Shown here in pieces: positions 41,232 through 52,505 of a stretch of DNA of 64,000 bases. Where the stretch lies: the IMG/VR virus record IMGVR_UViG_3300014204_000137, positions 34,586 to 98,585 of that record; one strand, given 5' to 3'. Made by a program: the position numbers and the translations under genes. The stretch comes from a virus. Taxonomy: Duplodnaviria > Caudoviricetes. Below the pieces are notes generated by a model that was not told the origin of the DNA, made no database searches, and saw only the letters and a list, made by a program, of their open reading frames with translations. Each line of letters begins with the position of its first letter. Position 1 is the stretch's first letter.

Positions 41232-41738
41232 ATGCATCCTAGTTCTTATAATGAAATGAAAGACTTCGTAAGAAGATATTTAGACGAGAGTAAACAACTA
41301 GCCATCCTAGACGTAGGAAGCGTAGCTGTTAGAGAAGATTCTTCTACGTACAAAAGTTTGATGTCTTCCAATTGGAAATATGTAGGACTAGATATTGAGA
41401 AGGGAAGGAATGTAGATTTAGTAATCAAAGATCCATATAATTGGAGAGAGATAGAAGACGAAACCTTCGACGCAGTCATTTCAGGACAAGCACTAGAACA
41501 TATAAAGTATCCTTGGTTGACGATGCAAGAGATAGTTAGAGTAACAAAATCAAAAGGACTAATATGTATCGTAGCTCCCTCTAGTGGATTTGAGCATAGA
41601 TTTCCAATAGACTGTTATCGATTTTATCCAGATGGCTTAACTGCACTAGCAGAATTTACCAACATAGAAGTATTAAAATGCTATTGCAATAACGAAGGAA
41701 TATGGAAAGATACCGTAATGATAGGAAGGAAAAAATGA
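41232..41738 (+). CDS. SAM-dependent methyltransferase (type 11-like)
   Basis: LDVGS, Y.GLD...G.NVD, FD.VISGQ.LEH, H.FP.DC.RF. Confidence 0.88.
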   Translation: MHPSSYNEMKDFVRRYLDESKQLAILDVGSVAVREDSSTYKSLMSSNWKYVGLDIEKGRNVDLVIKDPYNWREIEDETFDAVISGQALEHIKYPWLTMQEIVRVTKSKGLICIVAPSSGFEHRFPIDCYRFYPDGLTALAEFTNIEVLKCYCNNEGIWKDTVMIGRKK

Positions 41739-43774
41739 ATCAATGTCCAACATGTAAGCACTTCTCAGAGACAAAGTTAGGAAGTTGCGTACTGATAGAA
41801 AGTATATTCATAAACGCAGAAGGTAAGTTGAGATGCTCAAGTTACCTAACCACTATAGTAGAAGAACCCGTTGAGGTAGAAGACTCAGCAGGACAAGAAA
41901 TAATCGACCATACAATAGAAGGATATTAAAATGAGGCTACCCCTTAATCCAATGAAGTACTGTACGTGTAAGTTTAGAAAGATAAAAATCTTCAATGTGA
42001 GAGTATCACCAATGAGTGATAATTTACTTAGCGGTGTATTTATTTGCGACTTCTGTCATAAGATCGTTAGAGGTCTAGGACAAGTACCAAAAATATTTCC
42101 GTATGGAAGGAAAATAAAAGGAGACGAACGATGCTAGTACGATCAATAAAAGATAACAAGGATGGATCAGCACTAATGAAGTACTCCATCACTGATGCAG
42201 AGAGAGAACTCTTTCGAAAGGAAGCAAGACAGCAACATAAGAAGTTCAACGATGAGTTCATCAACAAGAGTATCTTAAAAGGACTTGCGAGTTACTTGCT
42301 TACTGAAGCAAAACGTAAACTCACTCCTGAACAACGTCACATGAATGAGATACTTGAGTTGCAACATCAAATGAAACTCTTACGCCGCCGCAATCAAAGG
42401 TTGATTAGGAAGATCAAGCTGGACCAAGAGAGGAATTTAGAACCTCTAGGATCTTAATATGAGAGAATGCGAATGTCCTTACTGTGGGGACTACACTGAA
42501 ATTAATCACGACGACGGATATGGATACGAAGAGGGAGAAGCATTTAATCAAGAGTGTGAACACTGTGGAAAGACATTCGTCTACTATACGACAATCACTC
42601 ATACATACGACGCTCATCAAGCACCTTGTCTTAATGGCGAATCTCATAAGTGGAAACCAATAGTAGGATTTCCATCAGGATGGTTATCCAACTTTCACAG
42701 ATGTGAGTACTGTGCTAGAGAAGAAACAATAGATTCAAATTTGCGATACAATCACGACACAGATTCATGGAGACCAAAAGATGAAGAATCAAAAAGTAAC
42801 TAAACTACATCTTCGTAACGAACACGGAGACTATAACGTATCTGCTAATCATGGAGAAGCAGATCTAGTAGAGTTATGTGATATGTTCGAGAGACTATTA
42901 CTTGCAGCAGGATATTCTTTAGCTGGACACGTAACAATAATCGACGAGGACAAAGATGGATAACGGTTGGAGAAAGAACTTTGTAGGAATATGGATAGCA
43001 ATACTACTAGTACTACTAATGAGTACGATTTCTTCAATGTTATCATGAGGAGTATAGAATGCACACACAAATATCACTATGTCATCACTGCTTAAGTATG
43101 ACTCATACATTCGAAGGCCACTGCGGGAAGTGCCACCAACCTAAAGATAACGAACATTTCGAAAACGAATTAAGGCAACCAACAATAGTTAAAGAGAAAC
43201 CATTGAGTTGCGAACACCATAAAGGAGAAGGACAGTGGTGTGAAACGTGTTGGAACTATGAAGTAAAGATTGCTGATCTAGAGAGACGTTTAGCAATTGC
43301 ACACAGAACAGTTAGAAAACACGTTGAGACAATACTCAAGTTAGTGAAGGAAAGAAATGAAACTAATACTCACAATACTTAAGATTTGGTTGATCCTAGT
43401 ACTGTACGTATACTACATAGTTGGTATAATAGTACTAAGCATCTGGTGGGCATTCGAAGGACTGTTTAAGAAAGAAAAGAAAAATGGATGAAGTAAAACG
43501 TACATGTAACAGCTACGGATACTGCTCTTATAGAGTGCAGGGTACCTGTGGATGGGAATGTACCTACAAGAAGTATTGTGATTGGCAAAATCCTAGAGAC
43601 AGTAGACTTAAGGAAAAAGAAAATGAAGACATGCAAGAACTGGAACCCTAATTGTTCATATACAGTTAAGAGTGATAATCTAGGTACAGTACTTAATTGC
43701 AAGTATGAGGAATATTGCTATTTTCAAGATCCTAGAGATGAAAGTAAGAATCCTTTAAGGGAGTTAGATCAGAA

Positions 43775-44092
43775 ATGAGAATGTGGAATGTACCAACTAA
43801 CGTTTTATGCAGACGTCATCTCTTAGGAGAACATTTAGAGATGCACATGTTTGCTGGAACCATTCTAAAAAAGATTTCGATCAAAGGATACGTAGAGAAG
43901 GGATTAGTAGAAGTTCATAATATTGCAAAACGCCATCAAGAGTTAGTAGACGAAATGATTAAGAGAGGAATAAAACATCAATCAGAATTACAATCTTTTG
44001 AGTCTTGGGTAGAAGGAAAAGTAAACGTAGAGGAAAATCTAAAAACACTTAAAAGCAGATGTACTCTCTGCAGAATAGGAGATGCATCATGA
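43775..44092 (+). CDS. Pyrimidine-dimer DNA glycosylase (DenV-like)
   Basis: MRMW.V....LC..HLLGEH.E.H, RH..L..EM..RG..H.S. Confidence 0.8.
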   Translation: MRMWNVPTNVLCRRHLLGEHLEMHMFAGTILKKISIKGYVEKGLVEVHNIAKRHQELVDEMIKRGIKHQSELQSFESWVEGKVNVEENLKTLKSRCTLCRIGDAS

Positions 44093-45411
44093 GTTACGAA
44101 GGATATACGCAATATCTTTGTAAGAATGGACACTACTTTACGAGAGATTGTTACGAGATGGAGCCAGATAAGTGCCCTTTTTGTGATGCTGAAATAGTTT
44201 GGTGGAATATGGTAAACACCACTAATGGATCTTTTGATACTGATCCGAAGACAGGAAAAGAAGTAAGGATAGATGGATATGTAGAACTAGAAATACTAGA
44301 AGAACGCAAGTGTGATAAATGCAATAGCGTTTTAGAGTTGCGATTTAAAGTACCAGAAAAGGGTGGACATAAAGGATCACCCACTCCTCTAGACGCATTT
44401 GAAGATGAGTGATAATATATCATGGACGAACAAAAAGAACAACCCAGAAGCTTAATAGTTCGAATGAAGATTGAGTTTGGATATGAGACTGTTACCCAAC
44501 TCAAACAAGAGTTCGACAAGCTAAGTGCAAAAGATAAGCAAGACTTAGTTGATGCTTTTAATGCTGAGGGTAAACCAACGACACTCGGAAATGTATAATT
44601 GGTATTTATTTGATCAAATACTTTCTGTGCTACTGACATTAACTTGTTGGGGATATATTTTATTGTTAGAGTGTTTTTTATTCTTTGGCAAAGAAATTTT
44701 TGGAGAAAACGAAATGAAAAAATTAAAGAAGAATTTATCATTTCCTAAAGATACTAGGTCGCATTTTTGTTTGGTAGGATTGGGGAAGAAGAAAGTAAGA
44801 CTTTATATAGATGATGAGCTGTATGGTGTATTAGACAATAATTGTACCCTAGAGTTATGGATTCCTCCAAGATCTGAAGGAGAAAAGAAATGATTCAAGT
44901 ACTCCTATTTCTATCGTCGTTAACACATGTACAACCAATGCAACTTCCTCAACAGTTACCAGTACCACAAGTTCAGATCCAGAAGGTAGTACAAGTAGAG
45001 TTACCAAAGTGTGAACCTATGAAGATAGAATTCAATAGTAGAAGTGTAGACTCGTATGCATAAAATTCGTTGGCATGAAGAATGGTATAATCGATGGTGG
45101 GGTAAGATTTTAAGAATACCCGTTGCAATAATTCTTACAACATTTATGTACGTGTGCATCATTATTGGCGTAACTGTAGATTTTTTTATAGAATTAAAAC
45201 GTTCACTACTTAAGAACTGGTACTTTTAAGGAGCTACAAGTGAAGGTACTCAAGATAAGTTATTTAGATAATCCACCTAAACCATACGTTAGTTGGACAG
45301 AAAATGCTATCAAGAGTTTACTAGTCACCAATGGATTTAATTTAGATAAAGAAATAACCAGATGTGAAGACGCTATGACGTATGAGATCATGTTTTATCA
45401 AAAGGAGTCAA

Positions 45412-45936
45412 ATGACTGCACTCCGAAATGAGATGATTTCAATTATTAAGGTTGATCAACAAGAAAAGTTGCCTTTAGATTTTTTAAGGTATGGAAGACA
45501 TATTCAAGAGATCAAAAAAGTACATTTACCATTTGCAGATTATTGGTGCGAATGTTTAGATGGAAAAGGAAATCTATCCATACCCAGAATAGTATTTGAG
45601 AGGAAGTCAATAGAAGATTTATTTATGACTCTCACAACAGGAATGGAACGATTTCAAAGAGAGATTCAAAAAGCATTAGACTTAAACATCCAGATGTATT
45701 TAATTATAGAGGCAAATATTTCAAGAGTAGAAGGAGCTATTATAGGAAAGACAAACGGAGAACAAATCCTTAAAACACTAATGACCTTACGAGTTAAATA
45801 TGGTGTAGAACCAATCTTTTGTAATGATAGAGATGAAATGGAACTACAAATAGTAAGTACGTTCCTAGCAGTAAGACGTTATTGGAAGAGACATAAAATA
45901 GTAAATGATGATATGTTAACGATAAAGGAGGAGTAA
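45412..45936 (+). CDS. ERCC4/XPF-type nuclease
   Basis: D..E..P, L..ADY, ERKS..DL, RF.RE, LIIE. Confidence 0.85.
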   Translation: MTALRNEMISIIKVDQQEKLPLDFLRYGRHIQEIKKVHLPFADYWCECLDGKGNLSIPRIVFERKSIEDLFMTLTTGMERFQREIQKALDLNIQMYLIIEANISRVEGAIIGKTNGEQILKTLMTLRVKYGVEPIFCNDRDEMELQIVSTFLAVRRYWKRHKIVNDDMLTIKEE

Positions 45937-45937
45937 A

Positions 45938-46519
45938 GTGGAAATCGAGACGTTTGAAACAACAGAAGTAGGAGTCGAAGGTAAGATTGAAAACTTCGAA
46001 GAGAGTAAAGGGTTGTGTGAGAAGTTGGGATTAGAAGGACAGAAAGAATTCTTCAATGAAGAGAAGAAAGAGATAATTCCATACCGTAAGATTACAGCAC
46101 AAGAGAAACTAGTGTATGAAACTATCCTTCCTACCAAACATAAGTTGAAGGATTACTCTGATGGAGTCATACCTCTACGCGTCCTACAAGTTGCAGCACA
46201 CGCAATTGAGTTAGGAATATGTACAGTCGTAGAAGTTTGGCATCAACCTAACGGAGATGTAAAAGATCCATTGTTGGTTGGTAAAGCAGATGACAAGTAT
46301 TCGACAGAATACTTTATTCTTGCACGTTGGGGAGAGATTCTTGAACCCTTTAACAAGCTAGCAGAGATTGCAAAAAAGATTCTGATAGCAGAATATAAAG
46401 GACGAATTCAAAAAGTCATTCATGAAGCAAAACAGTTCGAATGTACTTTAGAAGCGCAAGCAGAAAGAGCTATTCTCACGGGTAAGGGTCCTTCAATTAG
46501 TTGCTATATCAGTGACTAA
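45938..46519 (+). CDS. Hypothetical phage protein
   Basis: L.DY....IP..VL, DPLLVG, F.LARWGE. Confidence 0.7.
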   Translation: MEIETFETTEVGVEGKIENFEESKGLCEKLGLEGQKEFFNEEKKEIIPYRKITAQEKLVYETILPTKHKLKDYSDGVIPLRVLQVAAHAIELGICTVVEVWHQPNGDVKDPLLVGKADDKYSTEYFILARWGEILEPFNKLAEIAKKILIAEYKGRIQKVIHEAKQFECTLEAQAERAILTGKGPSISCYISD

Positions 46520-46738
46520 GGAGTAAGATGAACGAGTTGATTGCAATAAATAAGAAGACTGGAGAGGTAAGACAAGTCTCTTCAGTTACATTAGGACCAG
46601 GATGGAACTTTAGAGGAATGGTATTTATAGATGGTGGTTGTGTACCAAACGATGAATGGGACATCTATATGAAAATACCAGAAGCAAGTGATTACGTGAA
46701 AGAGTGATAATATTAATGAGTAATAACATAGGAGGAAG

Positions 46739-47317
46739 ATGATGAAGAAGCTAATATGCTGTTTTGCGTTGTGTTTATTAACAACGTTTGTAACAGTGCA
46801 AGGATATTGTGCCTCTATGACTTTACCACCAATTGAAGTCACAGCAGAAGTAAAGGCACATCTAACTCTAACACTTCAGATTCACGATGGATTATCTTTT
46901 AGTGATCCAGTTGTGACGAAAATGATATTTGGTGTGTTAGTTCTAGACGAAGTTACTAATACATATAGTTCACCGAAGGTGTTTACAATAGAAGCTAAAG
47001 CACATTCGAATAGCGTACCTTATATTGTTACACAAACGGGAACTGTACTAACGAATACTACAGGACAAACACTACCAACGCTAACACAAATCGTAGAACC
47101 CAACGCTAATGGAGAACCTATTCGTGTAGGAGCTCATTACGGTACCAAAGGAACTTGGGTTGGAGTAAGTAAAGTAATATACGACAGTGGCAGTGGTGGA
47201 AAATTAGAAGTTCTAAACGCTAGATATACTGTAGCATCTGATGGAGTAAATAATATTACAGTAGATCAAAACGTAGGTGTGTACTCAGCAACAATCACGT
47301 ATACAGTAACGGCATAA
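46739..47317 (+). CDS. Secreted beta-sandwich protein (pilin/WxL-like)
   Basis: Signal peptide MMKKLICCFALCLL..; C-terminal G.YSATITYTVTA; own promoter motif and GGAGG RBS. Confidence 0.6.
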   Translation: MMKKLICCFALCLLTTFVTVQGYCASMTLPPIEVTAEVKAHLTLTLQIHDGLSFSDPVVTKMIFGVLVLDEVTNTYSSPKVFTIEAKAHSNSVPYIVTQTGTVLTNTTGQTLPTLTQIVEPNANGEPIRVGAHYGTKGTWVGVSKVIYDSGSGGKLEVLNARYTVASDGVNNITVDQNVGVYSATITYTVTA

Positions 47318-48825
47318 GTATGAAGGTTACAATTAAGATAGAAGACTCGAAGGTAATGGAAGACTACCAAGAGAAATTGATGGAGGCAGTTAACTTCTAT
47401 TTTAATAAACCTTACCATTGCGACCTACCAGTACGTAGAGGATCCTCCATCTTCTCGTACTTAGGTCGCGAGTTTGATGCAAAGGATTATTGGAGGACAA
47501 TGAATGGAAACTAACGTTCTCAGAATTATTAAAGTGATTGCAAAAGCGAATCCAACTCTTAGTCTTGCAAACATAGTAGGAAGAATGTTTGTACAAGGAA
47601 CTGACATCAGTAACATGAGTGATGAATCTCTGATAAAATTACTTAAGGGTTACTACCGGAGTAAGAGAGACGAAGCAAAAGAGTTAGTAAAGTTGGAAGC
47701 AGAAGTAGCCGATACTCCTGAACCAATAGTACCAAAAACTATACCTACTTCTATACAGAGCTTAATTGTAAGAGGGTATAGTGATGAAGAGATTTACCAA
47801 ATTGTAAAAACAACCAACCCGACTCGTACGGAAAAAGAAGTACGTACTCGTATAAGATTGGCACATTTAAAAATTGCGAGAAACAACGGGGTTGAAAATG
47901 AAGAGGAATCAGAAACGAATTAAAAAAATTTTGGCTCAAGTAGAAAAGATATGGATAAGATTTCCAGAGTTAAGTTTTACACAACTGTTGCATACAATAG
48001 ATGACGAAATATTTAGAGACCTGCATCTACTATATGATGACTGCTACTTAGAGATGGTACTTGATGAGTTTGTAAATAGAATGAAGAATAAAAAGGAGGA
48101 TCCAAGATGAGGTTGAAGATAGGAGAACGTCTGATTATTGAAAGATTTATCCCTAGAGAGGCAACTTACGCCGAAGCAGTTGCATCAATTGAGATTCGCA
48201 ACAAAGTAAGAATGTCTCCTGAGGAAGAGCAAGCACAAGGAGTACAGAGAGATGGAAGAACTGTAAGTTGGAAGAATCCTGATTACGAAGTAGACATCCC
48301 TCTTACACAAGAAGAACTAGACGTAATTCAAAAAGGGATTGACAGATTAGATAGAGAGAGCAAGATAGAAGTCAATCCAATGGTACTAGACCTTATTAAG
48401 AAAGTACGTAGTACAAAAGGAGAAAAGAAATGACACAACAACAGATAGGTTTCATAACGATGGGTGGAGGGATACTATTAACAATACTAGGATTAGTATT
48501 CATGTTAAAAGTAGCTCCAGTTCAAGCAGTTGTAACAGCAGTTGGAGTTGTAATGACACTAGTAGGTAATATGATAAGGAAAAACGACATTCCAGTCAAG
48601 GAGTAAGTTATGGACATAACTCCATTATTGATTGCGTTTGTAGTATTTGGTATCATCGATTTGATCTTCGTAGGTAGTACCATGATATCAGTTAGAAAAT
48701 TAGTAGTGGGACTAGCTGAAGGAAAGGTAGTACTGAAAGTAGATCAAGTCAAGCATACTAAGTCGCAAACAGAATCAACAATTCAAAGAGGTCAGACAGG
48801 TTCATTCAAAACAGAAGATTAATTT

Positions 48826-49134
48826 ATGATTGCAAAGGGTTGGATAACTGACGAAGGTTATAAAGAATTTTGGGATACAAAAAGAAGCCAGTATAGGTTT
48901 GAACATCAGATAGTGATGGAGAAGCATTTAGGAAGAAGGTTGACTAAAAATGAAAGAATCCACCATATAGACAATAATAAGTTAAATAATAAAATTTCAA
49001 ACCTATTACTTATGTCAATACGCGATCATGCTTTATTGCATTCTAAACTTTATGACTATTTAGTTCAGACGGGTAAACTTAATTTAGTTTTAGAGTATAT
49101 AGATTGGTTTTTGAAAGGACAAAAACATGACTAA
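48826..49134 (+). CDS. HNH homing endonuclease
   Basis: EH..VME..LGR.L...E..HH.D.NK.NN...NL. Confidence 0.9.
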   Translation: MIAKGWITDEGYKEFWDTKRSQYRFEHQIVMEKHLGRRLTKNERIHHIDNNKLNNKISNLLLMSIRDHALLHSKLYDYLVQTGKLNLVLEYIDWFLKGQKHD

Positions 49135-49663
49135 TTGGTTTACATCTGATTGCCACTTCGGCCACGAAAACATTATCAGGTATTGTGGTAGACCATTTCA
49201 CCACTGCGCAGAGATGGACTCTACAATTATAACTAATTGGAATGAACGCGTCAAACCTGAGGATACAGTTTACTTCTTAGGAGATTTTTGCTTCAAGAAG
49301 AGTAAGGAAGCACCTCTAGGAAGTACGAGCAGTGATTTTTATAGGAAGCAGTTAAACGGAAACATTATTTTTATAGCAGGTAATCACGATCACAACAATG
49401 GAATTAAGTCCATCATCCTAAGTATGATAGTTGAGTATGGTGGACAGAAAATGTTGATGATTCACGATCCAGGAAAGATAGGTAACAGTTGTAAGTATCA
49501 TATCGTTCTGTGTGGTCACGTACATGAGAAGTGGCGATTTAAAAAGCTAGATAAGTCTACCACGCTAATTAATGTAGGTCAAGACGTTTGGAATTTTAAA
49601 CCACAAACCATTACAGAGATTATGTCTGGATATGCGAAGTGGAATAAAGGAGAAGGTAAATGA
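49127..49663 (+). CDS. Calcineurin-like phosphoesterase
   Basis: FTSD.HFGH.NII, LGDF, GNHD, GHVH, NVG.D. Confidence 0.9.
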   Translation: MTNWFTSDCHFGHENIIRYCGRPFHHCAEMDSTIITNWNERVKPEDTVYFLGDFCFKKSKEAPLGSTSSDFYRKQLNGNIIFIAGNHDHNNGIKSIILSMIVEYGGQKMLMIHDPGKIGNSCKYHIVLCGHVHEKWRFKKLDKSTTLINVGQDVWNFKPQTITEIMSGYAKWNKGEGK

Positions 49664-49960
49664 GTAAGCGAGAAATCCCATTCGAATATAGAGCATATGT
49701 GAACAAGCATAGAGATGATATCAAATTATTATCAGACATATGCAATTACGTAAAAGAACGAAAAGATTGGTACGTAGATAGTGCGAATGGATGGCATTAT
49801 TTAGTGAAGGTAGATAAGAAAGCAGTAGTTCCTTACTCATTTAATAAGTATACTTTGCAAGATGCTTTAAGAGGATTCGAAAAAGAAGATTGGGATATGG
49901 TTTTAAAACAACTCGAATATGAAGCGCAAGCAGAAATGAAAAAGAAGTGGAAAGAAGATC

Positions 49961-50437
49961 ATGAAAAGATACGATAGAGAATTTGTAGTCATGATAGGAA
50001 ATATAGGTAGTGGAAAGAGCACACTAATTCCTTTTTTAGTTAAGGAAGGATACGTAGTAGTAAGTAGAGACTCTTTACGTTACATGTTGGGAGCAGGAAA
50101 GTACACATTCGATAGTATGCTAGAACCATGCGTCTTCCAATCTGAGAAAAAGATTCTACGATCGTTAATGACTACTGGTGTCAATATAGTAGTAGACGAA
50201 GTAGGAATGAGTAGATGGATGAGAGCATACTACTTGAAGTTGTGTAAACGTAGAAGGTATAAAGCTACTGCAATAGTTATGAAACAACTCGATATGGAAA
50301 CGTGCGTAGATAGACGAATGCAAGATCCACACGGACAGCATAACAGAAAACTATGGGAAGGAGTATGGACGCACTTCGATAAAGTCTACCAAGAACCTTC
50401 CTTCAGTGAAGGATTTAAGAGAATAGTGAGGTTATAA
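49961..50437 (+). CDS. Polynucleotide-kinase-like P-loop kinase
   Basis: MIG..GSGKST, VSRD.LR, VVD. Confidence 0.85.
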   Translation: MKRYDREFVVMIGNIGSGKSTLIPFLVKEGYVVVSRDSLRYMLGAGKYTFDSMLEPCVFQSEKKILRSLMTTGVNIVVDEVGMSRWMRAYYLKLCKRRRYKATAIVMKQLDMETCVDRRMQDPHGQHNRKLWEGVWTHFDKVYQEPSFSEGFKRIVRL

Positions 50438-50438
50438 A

Positions 50439-51053
50439 ATGGTTATACATAACATGCCTAAGTTGGATTCTCCGTTTGTTAGGAAGGATATCAATAATAA
50501 GCATGTGGTAATAGATGCTGTCAACCCAGGATACGAGTGGGTTTTCGACGATAATCGTGTGATAGCAACCGAGAAACTCAATGGTACTAACGTTAGTATA
50601 ATCATCGAAAATGGCAAGATAACCAGGATTTTTAACAGAACAACAGAGATACCTTTCTTCAATAAAGGCAAGACTTTTATTGTTCAAGGAGTATTGGAAG
50701 CGTTTCAAAGGGATTATACTAACTTTACAGATGGACAATACTTCGGAGAATTGATAGGTCCTAAGGTACAGGGCAATCCTTATAAGTTACAACAGCACGT
50801 TTGGGTACCATTTGAAGGATATGTAAAGGATCATCTTCGATACAAGTCGTGGGGTAAGTATCCAACTGACTTTGAAACAATATCACGTTGGTTTAAAGAA
50901 GATCTATTTTCACTGTATCAAGCAAGGTTAGGAGGAGAGAAAGTATTTCCAGAAGGAGTAGTATTTTATCATCCTGATGGAAGAATGGCAAAGCTTAGAA
51001 GAGATATGTTCGATTGGTATGACGGTCCTCAACACGGAGAGAAGGAGAAGTAA
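50439..51053 (+). CDS. ATP-dependent RNA ligase-like protein
   Basis: Motif I TEKLNG, GELIG, EGVVF, AKLR. Confidence 0.8.
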   Translation: MVIHNMPKLDSPFVRKDINNKHVVIDAVNPGYEWVFDDNRVIATEKLNGTNVSIIIENGKITRIFNRTTEIPFFNKGKTFIVQGVLEAFQRDYTNFTDGQYFGELIGPKVQGNPYKLQQHVWVPFEGYVKDHLRYKSWGKYPTDFETISRWFKEDLFSLYQARLGGEKVFPEGVVFYHPDGRMAKLRRDMFDWYDGPQHGEKEK

Positions 51054-51054
51054 G

Positions 51055-51345
51055 ATGCTAGATTTATTTGGATTGGGTGCAGTAGCAAATCAATTAAAAG
51101 AAATAGCAACTCAAATTGCTCCTGTCACAGAACAGTTAAAAGGAATTGCAACTTCTACAGCATCTGCAGTAGCTCATTTGGATGATGCTATTAACGTTTT
51201 ACATCAAGTAGCTACAGCATTATACGCAACATCAGTAACACTATCGATCCTGACTTTTATTTCTGCTGCTGCGATAGTTTCTGATATTGTAGTGATAATA
51301 CAACTAAGAAGATTTTTGAAGAAGAAAGAAGAATTGAAATCGTGA
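51055..51345 (+). CDS. Membrane protein with C-terminal TM
   Basis: AAGGAG RBS; Ala-rich helix, TM, basic tail. Confidence 0.6.
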   Translation: MLDLFGLGAVANQLKEIATQIAPVTEQLKGIATSTASAVAHLDDAINVLHQVATALYATSVTLSILTFISAAAIVSDIVVIIQLRRFLKKKEELKS

Positions 51346-51350
51346 AAGAT

Positions 51351-51425
51351 TGCAGGGTAGAGAAACGGTATCTCGTGAGGTTCATACCCTCAAGACAGTG
51401 GGTTCGACTCCCATCCCTGCTACCA
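51351..51425 (+). tRNA. tRNA-Met(CAT), initiator-like
   Basis: Acceptor GCAGGG/CCCTGC with 1:72 mismatch, A11-U24, anticodon arm TGAGG-TTCATAC-CCTCA, T-loop GTTCGACTC, encoded CCA. Confidence 0.9.
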
Positions 51426-51501
51426 GGGGGTGTAGCTCAATTGGTAGAGCATCTGCCTTGCATGCAGAGGGTTGGAGGTTCGAGTCCTCTCACTTCCACC
51501 A
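51426..51501 (+). tRNA. tRNA-Ala(TGC)
   Basis: G3-U70 identity pair, TCTGC-CTTGCAT-GCAGA, GGTTCGAGTCC, encoded CCA. Confidence 0.95.
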
Positions 51502-51572
51502 AGCGAGATAGCTCAGTGGGAGAGCAGTCGCCTTATAAGCGACAGATGATGGTTCGAGCCCATCTCTCGCTA
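51502..51572 (+). tRNA. tRNA-Ile(TAT)
   Basis: AGCGAGA/TCTCGCT acceptor, GTCGC-CTTATAA-GCGAC, GATGG-TTCGAGC-CCATC, A73; CCA not encoded. Confidence 0.9.
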
Positions 51573-51794
51573 TAGAATTGGAGTAGTAATGAGTACAATA
51601 AAATTAGAATTTAAAGTAGACGATATAGTATACGACGATTTAACCAATCAGATGGTAAAGGTTCTTGGCGTAGAATATAGAGATGGAGTGAGAAGTAAAA
51701 GACACCGAAGAGTAAGTTGTCATTGCGTAAGTTATTGGGTAGATAGTAAATATCTTGGAGGAGGAAGGCATCCTTGGGAGTTGACAAAATTAAA

Positions 51795-52505
51795 ATGAAC
51801 GGACGCTTATTAGTAATAGGAGACATTCACGGAAATCTAAGAGCACTAGAACAGTGTCTTGAACGGTCTCACTTCGATAAGACTCATGATAGACTGATAG
51901 TTCTAGGAGACGTAGTAGATGGTTACCCAGATACGAAGACGGTAGTATCCAGATTAATCAATTTAGGTAACGCGTGTAAATTTATTTTAGGTAATCATGA
52001 TGAGTGGGCAATGGAGTGGATGTTATATGGAGCGCAACCAGACATATGGACTAGTCAAGGTGGTTGGGCAACAATAAAATCCTACAGAGATCCAAGACTA
52101 GGAATCACGATACCAAAAGGACATAGAGAATTTTTTAGTAAGGCACCAATTTACTACGAAGAAGATGGTAGACTATTTCTGCATGGAGGAATCAAACCAA
52201 ATACTCTAGTAAGAGAAAATAATAGAGACTACATCTTATGGGATAGAAACTTAGCAGATACAATTCAAGAGAAAGAATTTCCTGGAGAACGTACAGACTA
52301 TAAATTACTATCAGCATACAAGGAAGTGTTTATAGGACACTCAGCATATAGTAGCATACCTAGAACAAAATATGGAGTATGGAATTTAGATACTGGAGCA
52401 GGTTGGGGAGGTAAGTTAACAATCATGGACGTATACACTCACGAATACTGGCAGAGCGATTCAGCAGAAGAACTCTATCCAGGATATCGTCATAGAGGAC
52501 CATAA
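51795..52505 (+). CDS. Ser/Thr-phosphatase-like metallophosphoesterase
   Basis: IGDIHG, LGD.VD, LGNHD, HGG, WDR, IGH, LDTGAG. Confidence 0.9.
   Translation: MNGRLLVIGDIHGNLRALEQCLERSHFDKTHDRLIVLGDVVDGYPDTKTVVSRLINLGNACKFILGNHDEWAMEWMLYGAQPDIWTSQGGWATIKSYRDPRLGITIPKGHREFFSKAPIYYEEDGRLFLHGGIKPNTLVRENNRDYILWDRNLADTIQEKEFPGERTDYKLLSAYKEVFIGHSAYSSIPRTKYGVWNLDTGAGWGGKLTIMDVYTHEYWQSDSAEELYPGYRHRGP

Noticed and set aside
51342-51575. 77-aa ORF MKDCRVEK...
   Set aside because: Shadow translation of the three tRNA genes
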